From Candidatus Multivoradales bacterium (GTDB lineage Bacteria > Acidobacteriota > Thermoanaerobaculia > Multivoradales > JAHEKO01): a stretch of DNA of 64,000 bases. Positions 56,729 to 64,000 of the stretch are shown here, one piece after another. Position 1 is the stretch's first letter. Each line of letters opens with the position of its first letter. Both the position numbers and the translations under genes were made by a program. The stretch lies in NCBI GenBank assembly GCA_965248055.1, contig CBDFIJ010000004.1, positions 2,880,001-2,944,000 on the forward strand, read 5' to 3'. The notes beneath the pieces are model-generated. The model was not told where the DNA came from, did not search any database, and saw only the letters and a list, made by a program, of their open reading frames with translations.

Positions 56729-57843
56729 TGGCGCACGCGAGAGAAGCAGATCGGGCAGCGACCCAGGTTGGGGTGATTTTTGGCGGTCGCAGCGCTGAGC
56801 ATCGAGTGTCGGTGCGTTCGGCGTGTAGCGTGGTCGAAGCACTGAAGCAGGCCGGTTTCACGGTCTCGTTGTTTGGCGTTGACGCTGATGGTCGTTGGGT
56901 TGATCGAGAGTCGGCTCAAAAGGCAATCTCTGGCGAAACCGAAGAAGTGGTCGGACAGGTTGGAGAAGCTGGGGTTGCTAGCTCGATCGGTCGTTTGACT
57001 GAGAACCCTCCAGATGTGGTGTTTCCTCTGGTGCATGGAACCTGGGGCGAAGACGGTACTTTGCAGGGCTTGTGTGAAATGTGCGACCTGCCCTATGTCG
57101 GTGCCGATTGCACCACCAGCGCGTTGGCGATGGACAAAAGGCTGGCCAAAGCGGTGTTGGCCGATGTCGGTATTCCGGTGGTGGAAGGGACCACGCTCAG
57201 GCAGGTCGATCTCGATGCCGACCCGGCTCTGACCTCGATTCTTGCTGGAGTCGACTCGGGGCTGTTTGTCAAACCTTCGGTGGGTGGATCCAGCGTTGGC
57301 GTCACCCGAGTGAATGATCGGAGTCACTTGGCCGATGCGGTACGCGAAGCCCTGCGGTTCGATGCCGTCGCTTTGATTGAGAGGGCAATCAACGGACGAG
57401 AGATTGAATGCGCGGTCCTCGGCTACCGGCAAATGGAAGCCTCTTGCCTGGGCGAGATCGTTCCAGGGCATGATTTCTACGATTATTCTGACAAATACCT
57501 GGACGACACAGCGCGTCTTGAGGCTCCAGCCAAGCTGGATCCAGAGGTCGAAGAGAAAATCCGCGCGACCGCAACCGCAGCCTTTGCCGCGTTGGGCGGC
57601 AGCGGTATGGCTCGAGTCGACTTCTTGGTCGAGCCCGACGGCAATTTCTACGTCAATGAGCTCAACACAATCCCCGGCTTTACCTCGATTTCGATGTACC
57701 CCCGGCTGTGGGGATTGAGTGGTTTATCGCTGCCGGATCTGGTCGCCGAATTGGTGGACATCGCCGTGGCACGTCATCGAGATCGATCCGAATTGTCGAC
57801 CGGGATTCGTTCCTGGTTAGATGAGCTAGTCGAGAGAAAATAG
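56728..57843 (+). CDS. ddl: D-alanine--D-alanine ligase
   Basis: FGGRSAEHRVS, HGTWGEDG, GSSVG, YDYSDKY, NELNTIPGFT. Confidence 0.95.
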   Translation: MAHAREADRAATQVGVIFGGRSAEHRVSVRSACSVVEALKQAGFTVSLFGVDADGRWVDRESAQKAISGETEEVVGQVGEAGVASSIGRLTENPPDVVFPLVHGTWGEDGTLQGLCEMCDLPYVGADCTTSALAMDKRLAKAVLADVGIPVVEGTTLRQVDLDADPALTSILAGVDSGLFVKPSVGGSSVGVTRVNDRSHLADAVREALRFDAVALIERAINGREIECAVLGYRQMEASCLGEIVPGHDFYDYSDKYLDDTARLEAPAKLDPEVEEKIRATATAAFAALGGSGMARVDFLVEPDGNFYVNELNTIPGFTSISMYPRLWGLSGLSLPDLVAELVDIAVARHRDRSELSTGIRSWLDELVERK

Positions 57844-57859
57844 CTCGCTGTCAGGGCAA

Positions 57860-58720
57860 TTATTCAACTTCCGGCCTTGGACTTCCAGATTCTTCCTGCG
57901 GATCGGGGAATCGTGCTTTGGCTCGTTCGGTTGCCCGACGGATGACCGGTGCGGGCAGGATCATGCGAGTGAGAAATTGTTCCATCATCGCGGTGACGCT
58001 ACCGAAACTAGCTTGGGAGGAGGTCGGTGGAGAAACTAACAGGCCGGCTGGGGTGCCGCTTTCGTCAAATACTGCCCCTTCACCATAGCTAGCGAGCAGG
58101 CCGGGCCGGGGAATTTCCATACGCCCGCCAACGATGCCGGTGACCACCATCGGTGCCCGACCGCGCATCTCGCTCATCCGGCCGAGGGTGAAGTAACGGT
58201 CGCCAACGTCCAAGGGTGACTTGTCGGGAAACTCGATATAGGTCATCGGTTCACTCGGCGGTTCGGTGAGCTTGAGCCACGCCAAATCGGCCTCGGTGTC
58301 CTTGGCGAGAACCTCGGCTTCGTACTCCTGTTCGCGTCCACCGAGCATCACCAAAACTCGGTAGTCTGAGTAGGAAAATTCCGGTCCCTCGGAGCCGTCC
58401 TGGGGTCCGCGAAATCCGCTGGTGAAGATCGACCCCTCTAGCTCGCTGGCGGGCGCCAGGACTAAGCCGTCCGGCTCAATCACGACCCCTTGTGCCTCCA
58501 TCGGTTGCTGCATTTCCTGGCCGTATGCGGACTGGGATAAGACGTAGCGGATCGCGACCACAGCAGAGGCTTCATTCTCAACCAAAGACGAGATCACCTG
58601 TTTGACGTCTGCGCGAGCGGACCCCACCAGCGAAAGGGTCAAGAGACCCAACCCGGCCCAGGTTCGAAGGTGAAACGAGAATCTGGTGCTGCGAGGGTGG
58701 TGGGGGACAAGAGAATACAT
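57860..58720 (-). CDS. Secreted trypsin-fold protein lacking catalytic His and Ser
   Basis: AAGGAG RBS, signal peptide, GVVIEPDGLVL, D.EADLAWLKL; no TNxH and no GxSGG. Confidence 0.7.
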   Translation of the reverse strand: MYSLVPHHPRSTRFSFHLRTWAGLGLLTLSLVGSARADVKQVISSLVENEASAVVAIRYVLSQSAYGQEMQQPMEAQGVVIEPDGLVLAPASELEGSIFTSGFRGPQDGSEGPEFSYSDYRVLVMLGGREQEYEAEVLAKDTEADLAWLKLTEPPSEPMTYIEFPDKSPLDVGDRYFTLGRMSEMRGRAPMVVTGIVGGRMEIPRPGLLASYGEGAVFDESGTPAGLLVSPPTSSQASFGSVTAMMEQFLTRMILPAPVIRRATERAKARFPDPQEESGSPRPEVE

Positions 58721-58777
58721 TGAGGTCTCCTTGGCGCACGAGCAACCGATCAAGGGTCGCTCGGCAGCGAGAAAGGC

Positions 58778-60868
58778 TTACCAGTCGGTGTCGATAAAAA
58801 TGAAACGGGTCTCTACTCGGCGCAGGATGGAGAACACCACTTTTTCCGGCTTGTCCTGCTCGATGGATTCCATCGTCTGTTCGAATTCCTTGACGTTGTG
58901 GATCGGGGCTGAGTCGATTGCCAGTAACAAGTCACCACCACGCAGGTGACCGAGGCCAGCCCAGCCGCCCTCTTCGACATTGGTAACCAAGACTCCGGTG
59001 GTGTCGTTGGCCCACCGACGGTGCGCCTTGTCGAAAAAGGTCAGGTCACGCACCGAGAAATCAAAGACTCGGTTGGTGGCACGCTGTACCTCTCCTTCAC
59101 TCTCCGGCGTCTCCAGCAGGGTGGTCTGGACCCGTTGCTGCTCGCCATCGCGCAGGATCTCTAGCTCGGCTGGATTGCCAGGTTCCAGGCTGCGCACTCG
59201 GCGGTTGTAGGAGTCGATATCGCTGGAGGTCCGCGGCTCGACCGGAGCGTCGTTGATGGAGAGCAAGATGTCGCCAATGCGTAGGTCAATGTCGCCCGCG
59301 GCCGGGTGGTCATAGACCCGAGCGATACGGTAGCCATGCGCTGGTCCCAGCCCCAACGACTCGGCCAAGTCGGGCAGGATCGGTTGGACTTGCACCGGCA
59401 ACCAAGCGTCCGGCAACTCAGCCGGACGACTGCGGCGACTCTCGGCCAAGTCGAGGGCCGTGACGTAGCGCGCGGCAGCTCTCTCAAAGGTAAGAATTGG
59501 GCCTTCTGGGTCTTCATCGTCTTGATGCTCGGCGAGCCAGATTTTCAAATCTTCAACCGAATTCAGAGCGCCGCCGTTGATGCTCAAGATCAGATCTTCG
59601 TACTGTAATGCGGGCGTGGCCTCGGCCGCTGGACCGGTGGCGTCGAGGCTGGTGACCAAGACGCCCTTGTCGTCGGTTAGGCGCCGAGCCCTGGCCATCC
59701 GTGGGGTCAGATCTTCCACCGTTAGACCCCAGCCGCGAATCACCAAGCGTTCACCCCGATCGCGCTGGTAGCGCTCGCTGGTCACCTCTAGATCCAAGAT
59801 TTTGCTGCCCCGCTCAATGTGTAACGAAACTTGGTCGCCAATCGGACGAATCGACAATCCTCGGCGAAACTCCGGCATGTCCTCCGCGTGGCGTACCATG
59901 ACGGGGTTTCCATCGACCGCCACGATCAGGTCGCCAGGACGAATGCCAGCCCGATCGGCCGGGGAATCGTCAATCACCGAATTCACCAACACGCCGCGAT
60001 CATGAGTGGTGGTGCGGATGGGCTTGAAGCGGAGCCCCAAGAAACTGCGCCGTACCTCGCCAAAATCGATCAGCTGCTCAACCACATCCTTAACTACGTC
60101 ACTGGGGCTGGCAAAGGCCATGTCGCCACCGAAGCCGTTGCCCCGGGTATTAACGCCGATGATCTCGCCCCGCAGATTGACCAGAGGTCCGCCGGAGTTA
60201 CCGGGAGAAATGGGCGCATCGTGCTGGATCCAGCGGTAGTAAGAAGCCGAAGGCTGGTCCCGGCCGAGGGAAGTTTCATAATCTGCGTCATCGTCGAACA
60301 GACTGACGAACACGCGCTTGGCATTGTTGACCACGCCCACCGAGAGCGAGTGGGTCAGTCCCCAAGGGGCGCCGATGGCGATCACCGTGTCGCCGGGTTC
60401 CAAGATCGAAGAATCACCGAAGGTGGCGACCGGGATCGGGTCTCCTTCGAGCGCTGCCGCGTCGTATTGCAGAACCGCGATATCAGAGAGTGGGTCTTCG
60501 CCGACCAATTGAGCGTCGATCTCTCGCTTGTCGGCAAAGACCACCCGGAAACGGGTCGAATTTTCGGTGACGTGGGCGTTGGTGACGATATGGCCCTCAG
60601 CCGAGACCATGGTGCCGCTGCCGCCCGAACGCTGCAGGTTGGCGCGTCCGTTGACGTGGGTTTCTCGCACGCTCAAGATACTGACCACCGAGGGTAGGGC
60701 GTGCTGGCGAACTGTGAGAATGCCAGCCGGTCGAGTGGTCTCGACTGGATCTTGCCCCTCAATAACGGTTACTGACGCCACAATCGAAATCAAGCCAACC
60801 AACAGCACTGGCGCGAAAGGGCGTCTTATGGATCGGGATAGTGTGGATCTCAACAATTGATTTGGCAC
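58778..60868 (-). CDS. HtrA/DegP-family serine protease with about four PDZ domains
   Basis: Triad motifs TNAH, SDIAV, PGNSGGPL; repeated GD.I/L..(I/V)(D/N) PDZ motifs. Confidence 0.92.
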   Translation of the reverse strand: MPNQLLRSTLSRSIRRPFAPVLLVGLISIVASVTVIEGQDPVETTRPAGILTVRQHALPSVVSILSVRETHVNGRANLQRSGGSGTMVSAEGHIVTNAHVTENSTRFRVVFADKREIDAQLVGEDPLSDIAVLQYDAAALEGDPIPVATFGDSSILEPGDTVIAIGAPWGLTHSLSVGVVNNAKRVFVSLFDDDADYETSLGRDQPSASYYRWIQHDAPISPGNSGGPLVNLRGEIIGVNTRGNGFGGDMAFASPSDVVKDVVEQLIDFGEVRRSFLGLRFKPIRTTTHDRGVLVNSVIDDSPADRAGIRPGDLIVAVDGNPVMVRHAEDMPEFRRGLSIRPIGDQVSLHIERGSKILDLEVTSERYQRDRGERLVIRGWGLTVEDLTPRMARARRLTDDKGVLVTSLDATGPAAEATPALQYEDLILSINGGALNSVEDLKIWLAEHQDDEDPEGPILTFERAAARYVTALDLAESRRSRPAELPDAWLPVQVQPILPDLAESLGLGPAHGYRIARVYDHPAAGDIDLRIGDILLSINDAPVEPRTSSDIDSYNRRVRSLEPGNPAELEILRDGEQQRVQTTLLETPESEGEVQRATNRVFDFSVRDLTFFDKAHRRWANDTTGVLVTNVEEGGWAGLGHLRGGDLLLAIDSAPIHNVKEFEQTMESIEQDKPEKVVFSILRRVETRFIFIDTDW

Positions 60869-60915
60869 GAAGTTCCCTCTTGTCCTTGAAGCAGCGAAAT
60901 TATCAGTCGATCAGC

Positions 60916-60980
60916 GGCGCTGAACCTGAGCACCGAACTGCAGCACCGAACCGCAGTCGGTGTTCACCGCAGCACAAAAC
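60916..60980. repeat. Degenerate 13-bp tandem repeat (AGCACCGAACYGC) in a divergent intergenic region
   Basis: Units at 60916, 60929 and 60942, followed by a partial inverted copy. Confidence 0.45.
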
Positions 60981-61104
60981 ATGCCGTGGTTGGTGGTCGA
61001 AGAATAGCAAGCCCTCGTCCTTAGGGCGCAAGTAGGCTAAATTCCCCGCTTCGGCGCTGTCACTGGGACGACGGTACCGTTTACCCCTGCGGAGGACCGA
61101 TTCT

Positions 61105-62109
61105 GTGACCACTTCATTGCTAGGAAGACACTTCCTCAAGCTTCTGGATTTTAGCGCTGCGGAGATCCGAGAGTTGCTCGATTTATCCCACACCTTGAAG
61201 GCCGCCAAGATGGCGGCAACCGAACACCCCAAATTGACCGGCAAGAACATAGCCTTGATTTTTGAGAAGTCTTCAACTCGAACACGCTGCGCGTTCGAGG
61301 TCGCGGCCTACGATCAAGGTGGACATGTTACTTACTTGGGGCCAACCGGATCCCAGATCGGTCATAAGGAGAGCGTCAAGGACACCGCTCGCGTCCTGGG
61401 GCGGATGTACGACGCGATCCAGTATCGCGGCTTTCGTCAGCAGGCAGTGGAGGAACTGGCGGAATACGCTGGAGTGCCGGTATACAACGGTTTGACCGAT
61501 GAGTTTCACCCGACTCAAGTGCTGGCAGATTTCTTAACCATGGAGGAGCACGCGGATCATTCGCTAGATGAAATCAGCTATGCCTACGTCGGCGACGCAC
61601 GCAACAATATGGGCAACTCCCTACTGATCGGCGGTGCGATCATGGGCATGGACGTGCGCATTTGCGGGCCGCAGGACAACCTTCCGGCTGACGAATTGGT
61701 GCAGATCGCCGAGGATCTGGCGGAGCAGTCCGGGGCACGCCTGACCCTGACCACCGATCCCCAAGAGGCGGTGGCTGGCGTCGATTTCATCTACACCGAT
61801 GTCTGGGTGTCGATGGGTGAGCCTGAGTCGGTTTGGCAGCGGCGGATCGACCAGCTCAAGCCGTATCAGGTCAACGCCGCGTTGATGGCTGCCACCGGAA
61901 ATTCCAACACCAAGTTTCTGCACTGCCTGCCTGCGTTTCACAATCGGGAAACCAAGGTGGGCGAAGAGATCTACCAAACGTACGGGTTGGACGGGCTGGA
62001 GGTCACCGAAGAGGTGTTCGAGTCCGGCGCCAATGTGGCGTTTGACGAGGCGGAAAACCGACTGCACACGATCAAAGCAGTGATGGTAGCGACTTTAGGG
62101 GCTTGCTGA
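61105..62109 (+). CDS. argF: Ornithine carbamoyltransferase
   Basis: STRT, HPTQ, DVWVSMG, HCLP; GGAGG RBS. Confidence 0.95.
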   Translation: MTTSLLGRHFLKLLDFSAAEIRELLDLSHTLKAAKMAATEHPKLTGKNIALIFEKSSTRTRCAFEVAAYDQGGHVTYLGPTGSQIGHKESVKDTARVLGRMYDAIQYRGFRQQAVEELAEYAGVPVYNGLTDEFHPTQVLADFLTMEEHADHSLDEISYAYVGDARNNMGNSLLIGGAIMGMDVRICGPQDNLPADELVQIAEDLAEQSGARLTLTTDPQEAVAGVDFIYTDVWVSMGEPESVWQRRIDQLKPYQVNAALMAATGNSNTKFLHCLPAFHNRETKVGEEIYQTYGLDGLEVTEEVFESGANVAFDEAENRLHTIKAVMVATLGAC

Positions 62110-62135
62110 AAATCTCTCATGGGTCGCGAGACAGT

Positions 62136-63053
62136 ATGCGCTTGGTAGTCGCACTGGGGGGCAACGCTTTGCTTCGGCGCGGCGAGGAGATGACTGCGGG
62201 CAATCAACGGGCCAACGTGCGGGTAGCGGTGGAGTCCCTGGCCAAGATCGCGGGCGATCATGAGTTGGTGATATCTCACGGCAATGGACCGCAAGTGGGT
62301 CTGTTGGCATTACAGGCAATGGAGAGCCCCGGTGGGGTCTATCCTTTGGACATGCTCGGCGCCGAAACCGAAGGCATGATCGGTTATCTGATTGAACAGG
62401 AACTGGGAAACCTTTTGCCCTACGAACGGCCCTTGGCCAGCTTGTTGAGCATGGTGGAAGTGGATCCCAACGACCCCGCGTTTACTGTGCCAACCAAGTT
62501 CATTGGACCGATTTACAGTGAAGACGAGAGCCTACTACTTGAGAAGGATCGCGGTTGGACCTTCAAGAAAGATGGTCAGTACTATCGCCGGGTTGTGCCA
62601 TCACCTCGGCCCAAGCAGATCTTTGAAATTCGGCCGATTAAGTGGCTGCTAGAACGCGACACTGTGGTCATCTGTTTGGGGGGTGGTGGCATTCCCACCA
62701 TGTATAACGAGGATCGCAAGCTGGTTGGTGTCGAGGGCGTGATCGACAAGGATCTGGCCAGTGAGCTGTTGGCGCGCGAGATCCAGGCGGATGTCCTGGT
62801 GATGGCCACCGATGTTGACGCGGTCTATCGCGATTGGGGGACACCTGAGCAAACCGCGATCGCTACCATTCACCCCGACGACTTGGATCTCGCAGATTTT
62901 CCCGTCGGATCGATGGGGCCCAAGGTCGAGGCAGCCAAAGCCTTCGCCGCCAAGACCGGTGGACGCGCGGCGATCGGTCCGCTCAACAAACTGGCCGAGT
63001 TGGTGCAAGGGACGGCGGGGACCCAGGTGGCGCAGTCTTTCCCGCGTGCTTAA
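62136..63053 (+). CDS. arcC: Carbamate kinase
   Basis: [42 protein letters not shown]. Confidence 0.95.
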   Translation: MRLVVALGGNALLRRGEEMTAGNQRANVRVAVESLAKIAGDHELVISHGNGPQVGLLALQAMESPGGVYPLDMLGAETEGMIGYLIEQELGNLLPYERPLASLLSMVEVDPNDPAFTVPTKFIGPIYSEDESLLLEKDRGWTFKKDGQYYRRVVPSPRPKQIFEIRPIKWLLERDTVVICLGGGGIPTMYNEDRKLVGVEGVIDKDLASELLAREIQADVLVMATDVDAVYRDWGTPEQTAIATIHPDDLDLADFPVGSMGPKVEAAKAFAAKTGGRAAIGPLNKLAELVQGTAGTQVAQSFPRA

Positions 63054-63110
63054 GGGACACAATGCGTGCTTACGGGACACAATAAAATTGTGTCCCGTAA
63101 ATTGTGTCCC
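63044..63110. repeat. Nested GGGACACAAT / ATTGTGTCCC REP-like palindrome between convergent genes
   Basis: Two direct copies within a 20-bp tandem (63044-63063, 63064-63083) and two inverted copies (63087-63096, 63101-63110); perfect 14-bp inner stem. Confidence 0.75.
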
Positions 63111-64000
63111 TACGACTCCAAACTCGAATGGAACTTTGGCGGTACTCGATGCTGGGTCGCTTTTTCGTATCCGTGAGCGATCTTGAGAATCGTCGGTTCG
63201 CTCCAGGGTCCAGCAAAGAAGCTGACCCCAACCGGTAGGCAGCGAACGTAACCGGCGGGTACGGTGACGTTGGCGAATCCGGTCATCGCTGCGGGGGTCG
63301 AGCTGCTGCCACCGAAGTGATCGCCGTTGACCCAGTCGGTGACCCATGCGGGACCGCCAGTGGGACCCATGAAGGCCGTGAGTTTGTGTTCTGCCAGTAG
63401 GCTCTTGTAGGCAACCCGTAGTTCTTTTGCTTTAGCTAAGGCATCCAAGTAGGTCTGCTCGGTTAAGTCCCCTTTGGCCTGTGATTCGATCAGGATTTCC
63501 TGGCCGAAGTGAGGCATTTCACGATCGGTATTTGCGTCATTAAATTCGATGATCTCAGCCAAAGAACGTACGGGAGACTGCGCAAGGGACGCGAGGTACT
63601 TATTGAGGTCGGCCTTGAATTCGTAGAGCAAGATTTGGTATCCCGGTTGGTAGTACTCCTGGATGTCGAACTCCAGTTCGTCCACTACCTCAGCCCCTGC
63701 GTCGCGCAGAGCCCCGATCGCATCTTCCATCGCCCGATCGACTCCTGGATGAAAATCCATGAAGTTGCGCAATACGCCAATCCGAGTTTCGGCGAGATTG
63801 CCGTCGCCGAGTTCTGCCGAGTAGTCCGTGGGCGCGCCGGGGCTGCCGTCGGCTTGGCGCTGGCTGATTGCCGATAACAACGCTGCGGCGTCGGCTACGG
63901 TGCGCGCCATCGGCCCGGCGGTGTCCTGGCTGTGCGAAATCGGAATGATGCCTTGTCCGGGAACTAGGCCGACGGTGGGTTTGATGCCCACCAGAGAATT
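63110..64000 (-). CDS. Amidase signature family protein (partial, 5' end outside the window)
   Basis: [39 protein letters not shown]. Confidence 0.9.
   Translation of the reverse strand, partial: NSLVGIKPTVGLVPGQGIIPISHSQDTAGPMARTVADAAALLSAISQRQADGSPGAPTDYSAELGDGNLAETRIGVLRNFMDFHPGVDRAMEDAIGALRDAGAEVVDELEFDIQEYYQPGYQILLYEFKADLNKYLASLAQSPVRSLAEIIEFNDANTDREMPHFGQEILIESQAKGDLTEQTYLDALAKAKELRVAYKSLLAEHKLTAFMGPTGGPAWVTDWVNGDHFGGSSSTPAAMTGFANVTVPAGYVRCLPVGVSFFAGPWSEPTILKIAHGYEKATQHRVPPKFHSSLES

Noticed and set aside
56728-57843. VanA-type D-Ala-D-Lac ligase beside a D-hydroxyacid dehydrogenase
   Set aside because: Omega loop YSDKY is the D-Ala-D-Ala type, the dehydrogenase is a full SerA with ACT domain, and there is no vanX
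1-64000. tRNA or rRNA genes, prophage, recognised defence systems
   Set aside because: No cloverleaf or rRNA-like sequence seen in the intergenic gaps; no phage structural, integrase or known defence proteins recognised

Overview
GC-rich bacterial chromosome segment, mostly housekeeping and cell-envelope genes. The gene content and the catalytically degenerate CtpA suggest Acidobacteriota or a related diderm lineage (inference only). In order: a moxR-DUF58-batABCDE operon (1-8329, minus); rsmA, ftsK and an AsmA-like protein; a small accessory island with a LecB/DUF4114-like Ca-motif protein and a lipoprotein thiaminase I (14.6-16.4 kb); two tandem RRM RNA-binding genes sharing a conserved ~180 nt leader; asnB, fmt, rsmB; envC, a protease-dead ctpA and a yibQ-like deacetylase; a DppA-type binding protein; an RsbW/STAS pair; gcdH, glpX, dcd; an accessory run of small genes (33-41.5 kb) with three divergent paralogous Cys-patterned lipoproteins and two broken genes; mpg with a probable ATT start; a PP2C phosphatase; a 1172-aa secreted C25 (gingipain-like) protein next to a decayed IS481-like element with a 5-bp target duplication; nupC, hflKC, moaC, namZ, a class V aminotransferase, serA, ddl; an active HtrA paired with a catalytically dead trypsin-fold protein; OTC plus carbamate kinase without arcA; and a partial amidase. 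No rRNA, tRNA or CRISPR array was seen. Best candidates for new biology are the lectin-like/thiaminase I pair, the lipoprotein paralog family, the duplicated RRM leader, the two pseudo-proteases, the C25 fusion protein and a recurrent leaderless-promoter signature. All family calls come from motif recognition by eye; no searches were run.
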